Assembly: GCA_012295275.1 (NCBI GenBank)
Contig: CM022679.1
Span: 3,534,001-3,598,000, forward strand
Length of the DNA: 64,000 nt
DNA from: Chrysomallon squamiferum
Taxonomy: Eukaryota; Animalia; Mollusca
Reading direction: 5' to 3'
This document shows, piece by piece, positions 33,201 through 47,478 of the stretch. The position numbers and the translations under genes were made by a program. The notes under the pieces were generated by a model. That model ran no database searches. It saw only the letters and a program-made list of their open reading frames with translations, and was not told the DNA's origin. The stretch's first letter is position 1; the number at the start of each line of letters is the position of its first letter.

Positions 33201-36200
33201 TGTATATTTTGTTGCAAAACAAATTTAGATAATATTTATATTTATTAGCATATATAAATTAAACTGAAAAATAATCAGTAGAAACACTGAATGAGTAAAA
33301 CAGTAATAGTTAACAAGGACTAACATACTCCAGACATTTTTTTAAAGTATTTATTTTCACTGCAAATAATCAATTAAATCATTTTTTCACTGGGAAAAAA
33401 TATATGTTTCTTTCTTTCTTGTTTACCTACTCACTTAAAAAAATAAAATAAATAAAAAATAAGAATATCAAGAATTGTTGTAACAAAAAATAAAATAAAA
33501 ATTAACTGCTTTCTTGGCAACTTGATAAAGACTAGTATACAAAAACAAAAATCACAGACTATAACTAAACAGTAACTGCAGTATAGAAATAAACTGTAAA
33601 AAGGATTATAAACTAACAAAGTCATACAAACCAAGTGATGATCAGCATGAAGATGAGACACATAAACAGCTTTGACTTTCTGCAGTATGCTGTCTGTCTT
33701 CATTCCATAGAAACGAAACAGCTGGCCAGCAGTCCCTTCTCCACAGTCAAGAAACATACAGGAATCCTCACTGAAGAAAATCAGAATTAACACAAGTTTA
33801 AATCACCATAACATGAAACTGCAACATTAACATAATATAACAATGACTATATATTAAAAAAAAAAAACCCACAATACCAAGCATACAAATCTGATGTGAT
33901 CAAATGTTGCAGATCTCAGATCATGAACAAGATGCAGTCTTAAACATTTCCTCCTCAGTTTCTCTTTTCAAATATTTGCATTGAATAGCACCATTGTGTA
34001 AGTATTATTTCAAAAGCAAATGGAACAGTTTTCTTTATAAACTATTAAATGACAAATATTTGATTAAAGGTTTTTGCTAGTTTATCAATATCAGGTTCAA
34101 AACTTGCTATTTATTTTGCTTCTTGGTTAGCATTTGTGTGACTGCTGAATCTTCTCTCAACCATATGCAAAGATGGCAAAGACAGCAATAGTGATTTGAT
34201 TTCTTGCCAAACCAGCTGATATTTATCATGTTTGTTTGAAAACATTCTCTATATTACAAAGATGCATTTCTGCAGAATACTGATAAAAATGTGATAATTG
34301 ATGCATGATCATTATAAAGTAGACTATCTAGAATATTTTATAAGAATATAATCATACTCCATACTAAGTCTTGATAAAATAAGCAACTGAGGTAAAAATG
34401 CCAAAATCAATAAAGCAATAATTAAGTAGTAGTAGAAGACCTGTTACTGACTTTAGATGAAGCAAAATTCCACTGACATTCCTGTTTTTACTGGGAATGG
34501 AAGAGCCAGTGCCAAGAAAGACAACTTCTGGGTATCTGTTTGACGTTTGATGAGATTCTGACTGCTGACTGTTCTTCACAGTTTTGACAAGATCGGCAAA
34601 GTCAGGCAGATTCATAGCCTCCTCTACAAAGGCTGCTCTGTCCAGTTTGAAACACTGATCACTACAAATACACAAATATCAGTTCTATTATATTCTATGC
34701 ATAATAGATCAAAGAGAAAATGTAACTGAAAATGATACTTCACAAAAGTTTTTTTCCCCACATATTTTTCAAATATGAATATTAGAAAAATATGTCTGCA
34801 ATATGATCTTAAATGTTATGGTAATAAATTTTATTTCCAAGTTAAGAAGAAAAATAATCTTTAATAGTTTTAACATTAAAAGTTACATAAAAAAGAATGT
34901 AAAGGTTTTAAATTAATTCTAAAATAATTTATTTCATGAAGATAGTCTACAATAATCCTAATAATAATATAATTCACATATTCATAATTTTATTGAACTG
35001 ATATTTAAATCGGCATTCACATAAATACTGTAACAAAGATAAAATGTAAAATAAAACAGTTACCGATTGAAACCTTTGTGAGGTCTCATGTGATACTTGA
35101 GATTCGTACAAGCCTTCACTGTTGTCACATCATCAGCCACAACTTCACTCTGTGGAGTGTGGTCAGCCTGGGTCAGATGAGGTAATAATGGGTAGATGTG
35201 GGGATGTATGATATTCAGCTGTGTCTGCATGTTGTACAGGCCTTGCTGACACACTTCTGAGTTGTTTTCATTAAGTACAAGATGATCCGTGTTCTTCCCA
35301 AATCTGAAAAGAATGAATTTGTAACAATACTAAAAAGGACTTTTTATCAGTTTTGTTCAATTCAATCCATAAATAATTCCAAATATTTAAAAATTTATTT
35401 TTATAAACGACTTTTTTCTTTGTTGTATTTTCCAAATTTATTAATTATTTCATTTTATTTATATTATTATATTTTTTAATTTCATGTGTATATGTCAAAG
35501 ATATTGCAATTTTTTTTATTTTCTAAATGAAAAAAACAAAACAGAAAAAACAAACAAAATAAGAATGCTAACCTTTTCATCCATTTCTTGTATCTGTCTC
35601 CAGCCATGATGTCACTAGGTGTCATGTGAACTATCAGCAATGCAGGATTTTTCTCATCAAACTGATTCAGTTTCTCAGAACTTTCAAGAGCTTCTAGAAA
35701 TGTGGCAGACGGGCATTCAACAACTGTAAAACAATTTTTGTATTTTATAGTATCTCCAATCACATACAGAGTTATCTTTCTTCTTGTGTTTAGCAATAAA
35801 ATTATCTAATAACAGCGTAAAGTTATCTTTTCAAGACTTTTTCAAAGTTGTTGGTATGATAAAGTCTGTTTACTGAAATTCACAAATTAGTCAATGCTTT
35901 TTATTAATTATCTTTACTAATCTTTTTTTATTTCATGAACAAATTTATTTCAAGATTGTATTGTATAAAAAGTTGACATCTTGTCACAACAACATGAGAG
36001 TCTTGTCAGCTTATAATTAAATAACTTACTAATTATTATTAAATCTCTTTCTGCTGCACTCAGTACCTGTTCAGGATCAATCTGCAACAAAAACAGTAAT
36101 AACAAAATTTAAAAAATAAATAGATAAATAATAATAATAATAATAATAATATTAATAATTAAATAAAATATTTTTTTTTTTTTTTTTTTTTTAATAACAA

Positions 36201-37147
36201 TCAAAAGTAAAAATTAATTTTTAGCAACTGTCCATGATAAAAGTATCTTAGACTTTATGTATCAATATTTAAAAATATTTATATAATAAAATAATTTGGG
36301 AAAAAATAAGAATCTGAAATTGAATTGAAGAGTAATAAAACAAATATCTGATTCACTTAAATCAAACTATTATTTACATTAATTTACATAGCTTACAAAT
36401 TTAAAATATTTGTATTCACTCTTCTAAGTGCTTTCTGCTTTTAAGAAATAATTTTATTTGTACTGTTAGTATCATTTTTAATTCATATATTTTTGTGGAT
36501 GCTGTATAAATCAATCAAGATATTTGAAATTGTTTAGAAAATGAAAATATAAGTAAAGAAAATATTTTACAAATATTTTCAACTTCTGACCTACATTATA
36601 TTAGGAAAGTGTCCAAAGTAATCATAATGTCATTAATAATCACAATGAAATGTGCTAAAATTACCACTGTTCCATTGTCAAGTGTAATTGTTTCACCAGC
36701 CTTCAACTTTCCAATGACAGGACCACTGAAAACAAAAAATAATAACAAAAAGGTTTTAAAACTTCTTAAAATAAAAAATATCACTAAGTTATTCCATGAA
36801 TAAAGTATTCTTTTATACTGTATGTTTTTAAATAGCCTAGATTCTTTCACTGCTGTTGTTTCATTTTAAAATTATTTTTTGCTTTATACTGTTTTCTTAC
36901 TGTATATAAAAACATATGTAACATAATAATCTATGATTTAATAAAATTATTAACTACTAGTCACACCAGATCTTGGTGTTAGTAATCACATCAACAGACA
37001 TGATTGCTATGTGATTTAATAAAGTAAAATTGTCACTAAATTGTAATTCAAAGTTTTAACGTACGGTTTTGTTATCCCAAGTTCTACACATTTTTCAAAG
37101 TCTATTTTTCTAACTGCAGGATGGGCCTGAAATATTAACAAAACAAC

Positions 37148-37193
<46 letters not shown>

Positions 37194-40104
37194 TATAAGT
37201 TACCATTAAAACCATTAACGTTAATATTATGTGAAATTATTTAATATGTATCTCTAAAATTTTTCTAAATTTAAAGTAATAAAATGGATTTTATAGGGGT
37301 TTTTTATTTATAAGTTACATACATGATTAACAGAAATATCACCTTGCAAATATATGCCACTGATATATCTTCCGAAACTACTTTTTGTTTCTTAATTACT
37401 GAAAAAAAAAAAAAATAATAATTAGTGGGGAAAATAAATAACAAATAATAATATATAAATAAATTTATAATAATCATATATGTTGACTCTTAATAACAGT
37501 TAATGTAAACAAAATGTAATGAGATGCCAGTAACAAATATGAGACCATTCTCAGGGACAAATTTATTTCATGATATACACCAAAAATTTAACTAGATATT
37601 GATCACAGTACTTCATCAATAATCAGATAAACTATTCAGATAATGAAACAAGAGGGTTTATCTGAAGAAAAAAATTTCAGAATTATAAATAATGAAAAGT
37701 CAAACTGTAATCATTCATTTATTTGTGGTTAGTAGTACAAGTATGATGACAGGCAGATTATTTCGTACCTGGTTCAGGGCATTCTGAAAGATCAAGATCC
37801 TCATTAGACTTTTTAATCTTGTCCTGGTTTCCACTAGCATGTAGTTCAACATAGTCAATTCTGAAAGCTGAATCTTCAAAATACGAACTGTCTGCATTCC
37901 TTTTCTCTGAAAGATGAAATATTACTAACAATGAATATCATCACAAAAACATTAATATAATAAAACAATTTACAAAATATATTTTAAATATTAGTCATTC
38001 AGTCATGATCAACACAAAAACCAAACTACTGATGAAGGGTTTTTTTTAATTTCTGCTGTCTATTATTACAAATTAATAGTACTTTTAGACTAATATTTAT
38101 TAATCATTTAATTCGTTAAGATTAGTGTTTGGTTTGAAAATTATTTATATACAAATATTTTTTAATGTTAAAACATTGAGTACTAGAAATTCAGCAATAT
38201 TTGTTGTCATTTCAATATAAAGTAAATAAATGTTTTTTTCCACCTTTTCTCTGAGACAAGCATAATAATAAATAATAATAATAATAATAACCACTATGAC
38301 TTGTTTTACCATTATATTTCATATTATCATAATTATGTAATATGTATATAAAGAGATGAAAATGAGAATGAGATTACAATTAACACATCTAAAAATATGT
38401 AGGTAGATAGTTGATGAAGTAATACAAAATATTTTGTGATATTTTTGTTTTACCTATTTCAATACTGGTTTTGGAATCAGCAAATGCAGTTACCATTTTC
38501 AGAATATTTTCCTGTCAACAATAAAAAAATGTTATTAAAAATAAAAAAGCAAATTAAAAAAGTAATTATTTAAGTTTTTATTCACATGGTATATTTAAAA
38601 CAGTCATATTATATGCTGATTATATTATTAATAATTTTAATGTTAATATTCTGATATTTCAGAAGTTTTTATTTTTATTTACTTTTTATTTATATTTAAA
38701 CATATTTAAACACATTCTGAACATACGTACCACACCTGGTGGACCATGAATCGTGATCTTTGGAACATTTGTATTTTCTAACGTCAGGGTCAAACCTGAA
38801 AAAATAAATAATAGTTTCTTGTTGATCTTAATAATACTTAACAGGGATAAATAAACACTGAACTGCTGATTGTGAAACACTGACACATCAGCTTGCTGGC
38901 CACATGAAGTGAGTAATGCTTGAGGACAGTATGGAATGATGATGTTAACAGAGAGTTAGAGATCAGGTAACTGAGACATTCACATTGTTGGAAAACAATA
39001 GATGCAGTGTTTTATGAATGATTTTATTTTTATTTCCTATCAACAGCCCTCCAGTTTTTTTTAATAATAATAATAAAAACACATTATGAAAATTACTTAC
39101 CCAGCAGACCTCCAATGTTTTTCCAGCTCTTGTGTGTAAAGAAAATATTTTCCACTTTTGATAATCGAACTCTAAAGAGAAATAAAATAATCACACATTC
39201 AATTTGACAAAATGCATTTAAATCATAAGCATTAATTTAAATGTAAAAGGATTAAATTGTGAATGCTTACTTGTGCTCTGAACTTATTCTTTGAACTCCT
39301 TCACCGCTATTAAAAAGATAACTGAAAAGAGAATAAAAAAAGTATTTAAAATAAAAGGAATTATAGTTTTAACAGTAAACTACATTCATTAGAAATGTAT
39401 GTAATATTTTCATAAGAAGAAAGAAAAAATGTAGGAGATATATATAAACATAACTTGATTAAAACAGGAAAGAGTTCCAAACATTTGCTTCACCTGTATT
39501 AAAAGAAACATTAAAGGGAAAAAAATAAATAAAAAAAGGCTGATATAATAGGTGACAGACATTTCTTTTAATATATTGTATTATACAGTTCTTGAAATAC
39601 ATCGTAAATATTTATTTATTTTTACTCATAAAATATTTTCACTACAAACAAAATGAAAAAAAAAAAACTCAAACTATACCTTTTCATACAAGCTCATTAA
39701 ACAATTTCCTCTTTAGTGCGATAAGTATCAAGGGACAGAAACTATTTCCTTAATTAAAATATTATTATTTATTTATTAAGTACTCAAAACTATATAATTG
39801 AGAAGTTTACTTGTTTACAGTAGATAATTAGATTAGCTAAATATACAAACTTGGAATGATCTGTTCCAATTACTACTGACTGCGGTGTTCCCCTTCCTCC
39901 ACCTCCAATCACCTGAACATCAATGATGGATGGCACTGGAAACTGACCACCTCTAGCTTCTTTAAATTTAACATGTTTTAATTTCGCAAAGTTCGTTTTA
40001 GTTTTAGGCATGGCGACTTGTAACTTCACTCTCCCAGTTATAACGTGGAAATGTCGCCCAAGCCAACTAATGGTGCGCACTGGCGATGACAGTTTGAAAA
40101 TCAT
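30253..40104 (-). CDS. ELAC2: Zinc phosphodiesterase ELAC2 / tRNase Z long form, 20 coding exons, ~778 aa
   Basis: Exons 39851-40104, 39271-39321 ([11 protein letters not shown]), 39101-39171, 38731-38795 (IHGPP), 38454-38511, 37769-37906, 37343-37398, 37065-37126, 36665-36725 ([15 protein letters not shown] exosite), 36030-36081, 35573-35723 (VECP..VHMTP), 35064-35303, 34452-34661 ([21 protein letters not shown]), 33632-33770 ([15 protein letters not shown]), 32867-33015, 32251-32344, 31773-31893 ([11 protein letters not shown]), 31521-31599 (LLIHEAT), 30786-30930 ([11 protein letters not shown]), 30253-30393. All GT-AG, sum 2337 nt, uninterrupted frame. Confidence 0.97.
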
Positions 40105-40420
40105 TTAACTCAAAAACCTAGAGCACAGAACAGAAGAAAAGAAATAATAATTTCCAACAAAATAATTTCATAATTAAATGAAATCATGCTGCAATCACAT
40201 GGTAAAACCAAAACAGGAAATACAAACCATTTTTAACTTTATCTAAAGAAGAGTCAAATTAACGGGAGGTAATTCAAATTGTAACTCGGTTTTTCCCACG
40301 TCTCTTAACTCCTACATTAAACAACATTTTTTAATATTATTTCTTATATATAAATGGTGATAACATTTTAAAAATAAATAATATCATAAATTCTTTAATA
40401 CATTTTATATCAAAGTAAAA

Positions 40421-40459
<39 letters not shown>

Positions 40460-40724
40460 AATTTTATTTTATATAATATATATTTGGAACGACACTTCAG
40501 GTGAATTTAGTTTCCTTGCTTTAAAATATTTTCGACATATTTCAAAGACATTAAACTTAATAAAAAAACAACAACTTAATAATAATTAAAAAAAAAAAAA
40601 AAAAAATAATAATATATTTTGATAACAATAATTATGACGACGATGATGATAATGATAATAATAAAGAATTAGGATTTTAAATTAAACAGAATTACCCTTT
40701 TCTCCACCTCTCGTTTAATAAAGA

Positions 40725-40764
<40 letters not shown>

Positions 40765-41391
40765 TAAAATAAATTTGTTTATCTAACAGATATGAAGTGG
40801 AATTTGATTTTACAGTTTTAAAACATTCATTATTAACAAAGTCGTTGGTAGCTGTCATTATTTGTGTAGCCTTTTCTATGAAAAGCTGGAGATCAAAAAA
40901 ATTATGACTACATGAAATATATTCAGTAATTTATACTTTTATGAATAAATATGAATTATGCTAAACGTAACATATGTACAATTGTATTATTAATCTCTCT
41001 TTTTTTTTTAATTTCCTAATTTTTTAAATTTTAATTTATTTAATTTTATTTTTACGAAAACTGAATTTAATAATATATTAGTGTAATATGACGTTTTATT
41101 TTTTGTTGTTGTTATTATTATTATTATTGTTGTTGTTGTTGTTGTTGTTGTTACTAATATTAATATTGCTATTATTATTATGTTTTTTAATACTATTTTC
41201 CTTTCTGTTATTATATTATTTATTTCTAATATTTCTAATAATGTTATTTCACAAATAATGCATTTATAAAATATGTTCGAGCAAATAATATTTATTTATA
41301 TGATTTTATCTGATGTAAAATGCTGTAAACAACTTTTTTTTTTTTTTTACAATAAAATAATTGTTATATGTTACACACATACACACACCCG

Positions 41392-41441
<50 letters not shown>

Positions 41442-42534
41442 CCCAGACACACACACATACATACATTTGAACAGAGACAAACATATTTACAGAATAATAT
41501 ATATACAAAAAGCCACAATTCCACATAAATACAGTAATAAGCAGCCAACTTTTAGCCCTTTTCTCTTTCTGTTTGAATACATTTAAACAAATATAAAAAG
41601 ACGAGAAATGTTAATGAAAATGTTACAACATTCATAAATTCAGTATGGTAATAACAGAAATCCATCTGGAAATGACAGATTTTTATTTCACTGAAATCAT
41701 TCGAAGTCATGGTCTGGCAGTAAAATTGTATACATTTTTAAAGATACACATTAATGATTTAAAAACAGTTGTATATTTATAACCTGTCATTCGTTGGTAG
41801 AAAGGTGTTTCTTAATTTTATTTTATTATTAAGGTAAGAACTTTTATTTGCTCTATTAAATTATCAAATACATATTATTTTTCCTTGTTAGCAACAGTTC
41901 AAATTCTATGTTGTGTTTTCTGCTGATGAATTCTAATTTAGCATGTCGGAAGAACACTGTATTTGCTTTCATTTTTCGCCTATATGGACAGTTTCGATGA
42001 TATAGACTCTCACATAGACTGGTTAGTTGGGTGATGTAGATTTTCTCGAACTTATTTCACATGAAGTGTATAATGACTTGACAGACTGAGTGATACACAC
42101 ACTTTTCAACTCGCAACAGATATTACTCTGAAATACTCTACTGTGAATCTATGGCTCATACTGAAGAGTGGTCTGGTTATTACTACAGTGTCTGTTAAAC
42201 TGGGTAATCCTCTTTTAACTGTGATCAAGATACGCTGCTGATGGATTTATCTCATTAATATCAGTAGTGCTGCTTTTAATTGCCGTGGTGGAAGAACATG
42301 AAATAAAAAAACAAATACATTTATTTCACATTTTTAAAACAAATATATTGTTATAAATTCATTTAGTACATTCTCATTACAACGCTATATTCTGCTTCTC
42401 AAACACAAGTATGAATTCATTATCATCTTAGCTTTTAATATCACCAATACATAATAAAGCATAAACATACACACACGCACACACAATCACATACATACAC
42501 ATATTTTTATCTAACATTATTAATTTTATTTCAG

Positions 42535-42855
42535 ATGTGTGTGATAGCTATATGTACTTTCACACTGGTATCGGTTTTCCTATTCGATTCTTGTAATGGT
42601 ACGACTCAAGTTAATACATACGCACACACACACTGAGATATATATATATCTGGATGTGTGTACGTATGTGTATGTGTGTATATGTGTAGGTGTGGCAGTC
42701 AAGAAGGCTTGAAGAAAGACACATACAGATTATACATCTGTCTGTCTATCTATCTATCTATATATATATATACATATATATATATATGTATATATATAGA
42801 AAGATAGATAGACAGACAGATAGATAGATAGATAGATAGATAGATAAAGATAGAC

Positions 42856-42890
<35 letters not shown>

Positions 42891-44107
42891 CAGATAAACA
42901 AACAGATAGAGATAGATAAATAGATATATAAATATATAGATAGATAGACAGACGGTAGACATACAGAGATACAAAGGTATATGAATGTGTGTTTTATTTT
43001 TTTTATCTATTCATTTATGATGTTGCAAATGTTATTTATTTCAACCTTTTTTCTTTCTTTTATTCTTTTAATCTTTTTTTTTTTGTTTGTTTTTGTTTTA
43101 ATACGTTCTTTTGTTTTGTTGTTGCTATTATAGTTTATTGTTTTATTCTATTTTATTTTTTATTTGTTAAAATAAAAACTAAAAGCTAAAACATACCATA
43201 TAGTCATAGCATTTAGAAGGTACACGTAAAATGTTTTAATAATTTCTGTTCTTCTTGATCTTATTTTTTTTTATTTATAGCTTATTGTTACATGACGGTA
43301 TGTTACCATAGTAACTGGGCTCAATTCAGAAGTAAAAAAGTCCAGTATTTGCCAGAAAACATAGATCCTTCGCTGTGTACGCACATCGTATACGCATTCG
43401 CAAAACTGGCGCTGAATGATGTAAAGAAAGGTTAGTTTTACAGAGGTTTAAACGTCACAGGATAATTAATATTCTGAATGATATCAAACTCCGTCCTCAT
43501 CCAGTTTAAAGAGCTGAAATTAACTCAGATAAAAATAAAAAAAATGTGTTAATATCTGATTAATGGCTTTTTCTCATTATTTTATATGCATTATTATGTG
43601 TCCCGTTTAGAATGAAGGTCGAACAACTATATTTAAATACATATTTAATAATGTTTTCAGTTGCAGTAAAACCTTATATATGGGATGACGAATCTATCAC
43701 ACAGAATAAAAGCATGTAAGTGATTATAACTATTAGCTAATTAATAATCCACAAAGTAAAATCCATAATAAAATAAGAGGACGTCATGAAAACTGAAAAG
43801 CAGACTGAGTTCACACAGAAGTCAAACATTTGTCAAATCTGCAGTTAACTTATTCCATTCGACCATACTAAGATAAACGTTGATAAACTGATTGAGCGGT
43901 GTTCTCTTTCTTTTCGTCATTATTATAAATTGCAGTTTTTGGCTTGTAGCAAATTGCGTTATTATTGGCCATTTGGTAGATTTATTAGTCAAGGAGAAAA
44001 GAAAAAAGAAAAAAAACAAAACAAAACAGGAAGGTAATCAGTAATATCACCAGCCGTGTCTGCGCTGTTTTTAGGCATTTGTTTTTCAGACCACTTCGCT
44101 TCATTTC

Positions 44108-44181
<74 letters not shown>

Positions 44182-44483
44182 TTAGTATTATTTCTGTAGT
44201 TGTAGTTGTTGTTGTTGTTGTTGTTTAAAGGTACCAGAGGTTTCGAGAAGTTATTAAACCATACAGAGAAGTGAAGAGTCTTCTTTCTATTGGAGGAAAA
44301 ATATGGGCACAAGACTTTTTACTATGCTCCTGAACATTCCAGGTGGTTTATATTATTTTGCTCACAATACAGTGAAGTTCTTAAGAGAACGTCATTTCCA
44401 AGGTCTAGATTTGGACTGGATGTTTCCTGGTAATAAACAAAAATTAACAAGTCTTCTAAGGGTAAGTATTTAGAATTTTCATT

Positions 44484-44566
<83 letters not shown>

Positions 44567-46605
44567 GCTGCTGCTGCTACTGCTATTACTACTACTACTA
44601 CTATTATTATTTTTAAATAATTCTTAAAGCAGGAACTGTAAAATGACTTACCATTATTACAGATAATACTGCCGTAAATGAAATTACATTCGAACGGAAA
44701 ACAACAACAACAACAAAATAAACCATCCAACAAATATATATATATATATATTTTTTTTTTTTTAAATTATTTATGTAACAGAAATGAAATATAAAAAGTT
44801 GACATGGTTCAATCGTTTGATGATGTCTTTTGAGACTTTCTAGAATTTTTAAATCATCTTACATTATGCAATAATAATGAGAGAGGTTTACAAATATTTT
44901 TTATTTTTTATTTATTTATTTATTTATTTATTTTTTGTTTATTTAGTTGCTTTGTTATCAGGGTTTTGCCTTGTTTCATAAACTCAAAATTCTCATTATA
45001 ATTATCACATTAAGAATGGTTTTTGTATCTAAATATCTTTTCATTAGTATTTAATAATGATTTTCACTGCGGAAGCCATGCGAACAGGAAACGACAGACT
45101 ACTGTTGTCAGTGACTGCATCTGGTAACATAAACAGAATAAAGACAGGATACGAAATTGAAAACATCTGTAGGTTTGTATATATAAAAAACAAACAAAAA
45201 ACAACAACAAACAAACAACATTATACTGAATCAGTTAGCAAACGTTTTGAAATATATACAATGATTTCACAAATGCAAATTATGAAATAAACCTACATGT
45301 TTGACTCAGTATAGCTCATATAGTAGTTTAGATGTTATATACATTATTTTGTTCTTTTTCGATTTAATTTATCTGAGTACTTAAGATTTTATAACGGCAG
45401 AGAGAATTTTAAACCATGAACATTACATTTGTTCGTGTATTCTTACCTATGATGTCTTAAGATACGAGTCAGTTTACAGTGGAGAATCATATAATAAACT
45501 GAACCTAGAATACACGTAAAATAAAATAAAAACCTAAATAATATATTTTAAAAATTCATATTTGAAAAGCTCTGATGAAGTTTTTTTTTTAATTAAAGTT
45601 TTCTGAAGGAACAAGTAAAATTCTCACAAACGTGCATAACTCTAAAGATCTTACTTCATTTTACTACTTCTAACTACTTATTCTTTAACATTAATATTAT
45701 TATTATTATTTTTAATAATTATTATTGATTTATTTTATTTATGAATCACCATTGTTTTGCTTTGGGATGTTTCAGTGTAAATTACATAACATTATTAACT
45801 TGATACTGAAAGAAGTAGCCTGTTATTTATCATGAAAACAGACAGAGAAACATAAACACACAAACACAGTAAAAACGAGATGATAAAATTGGAGTATACT
45901 GGTGCTGCAATCGCTAAGATATCAGCTGATATTTTTATTGCTTCATGAAAACAGAAGCAGTAACATATACATATAGATTACCTATCTAGCTTTTTATCAG
46001 TTCTCGTTACATGAGAGTATGGGTGATTTTAAAAATATACAGAAAAAAGTATTGATTTTATAAATAATCATGATTTCATATTTTCAACTTGTGAATCATT
46101 ATCAGATTCTCCTCATTATCGAATCTCTCTAACAGGCATAGAAGTATTTGTAAACACGATCGACAGAGAATTTAATTAACTCCAGACATGCGTCATATAC
46201 TGACACCATTCACTTGTATTCACTTACATTATACTTTATAAACAATTAAAAATCTTTGCACACAGAGCTGAAGTTATTGCGTTTATAATTTATGTTTCTC
46301 TCGTGTTGAAACTAGTTACTGCTGATATTGCTATGTTGTCTAGTCTGCTATAAAATATCAAAAATATTTTTCACACATTTCGTGACGACAAAACACATTG
46401 ACCAATACATTTCAGTGTCGTTGATTTTGTAAACGTCATGACGTACAATTTACGCGGCTACTGGAATGGAATAACTGGCCATCCAACTCAGCTGTATCCT
46501 CCGAAACTAGACAAGGGCTCCCATAGATGCCGTAACAAATGTGGTCAGTATGTTTTTCTTTTTACCACTAAAATACCCTATGTTAATAATGGAAATGGTC
46601 TGTTA

Positions 46606-46665
<60 letters not shown>

Positions 46666-47438
46666 TTTAAATACTTATCTCCTATATATCGTCACTATTG
46701 CAGGATTTTGTGATGAAATACTGGTCAAAAATGTGTCCTAAAGAAAAACTTAATATGGGTTTAGGATTTCATAGCCAAACCTTTCATGTTTCAACTTGGA
46801 AAAATGGGCTAAATGTTCCAGCGACAATAGGACCTCCTGGCCAATATACTGAAACCCCTGGCACCATGTGTTATTATGAGGTGAATGGTACATGAATATA
46901 TTTCACAGAACGAGGGAAGAATAAGTTGACATATATCACAATTATTAAAAAATATAATTCTACACAGATAGAGGGATTTCCTACTTTTTTTATGTTTATT
47001 TAGTTTGGTTTATCTTTCTGTTTATCTATCTATTTTTCTGTCTATTTCTGTCTCTCTATATACATCCGTACACACACACAAACATGCATACATACACGCG
47101 CACACACACACACACACGACGTTAATATTTAAAATTAACATTTACTAGGTATGTACGGTGCTGAAAAATGGCGGTAAACAGATATACTTACCAGACCAGA
47201 AAGTGTATTACACAGTTAAAGGAAAAGAGTGGATAGGACACGAAACCATCAAGAGTATTAATTACAAGGCAAGTTTGCTTGTATATGTTACTATTACAGT
47301 TTTACATGTACCATTTCGTCATATATCAATATTACAAATGCAGCTTTATTACAAGTGAATGGATACAGGTAATAAGGTGGGCTATATAAAAAGGTATGTC
47401 TTCATCAGTTCACTCGCTGTCCCGTCATTATTTCGTGT

Positions 47439-47478
<40 letters not shown>

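Noticed and set aside
44297-44301. Programmed -1 ribosomal frameshifting shared by the PDZ gene and GH18 #2
   Set aside because: Neither site is a canonical slippery heptamer, I saw no stimulatory structure, and a third indel of opposite sign points to sequence error or decay.
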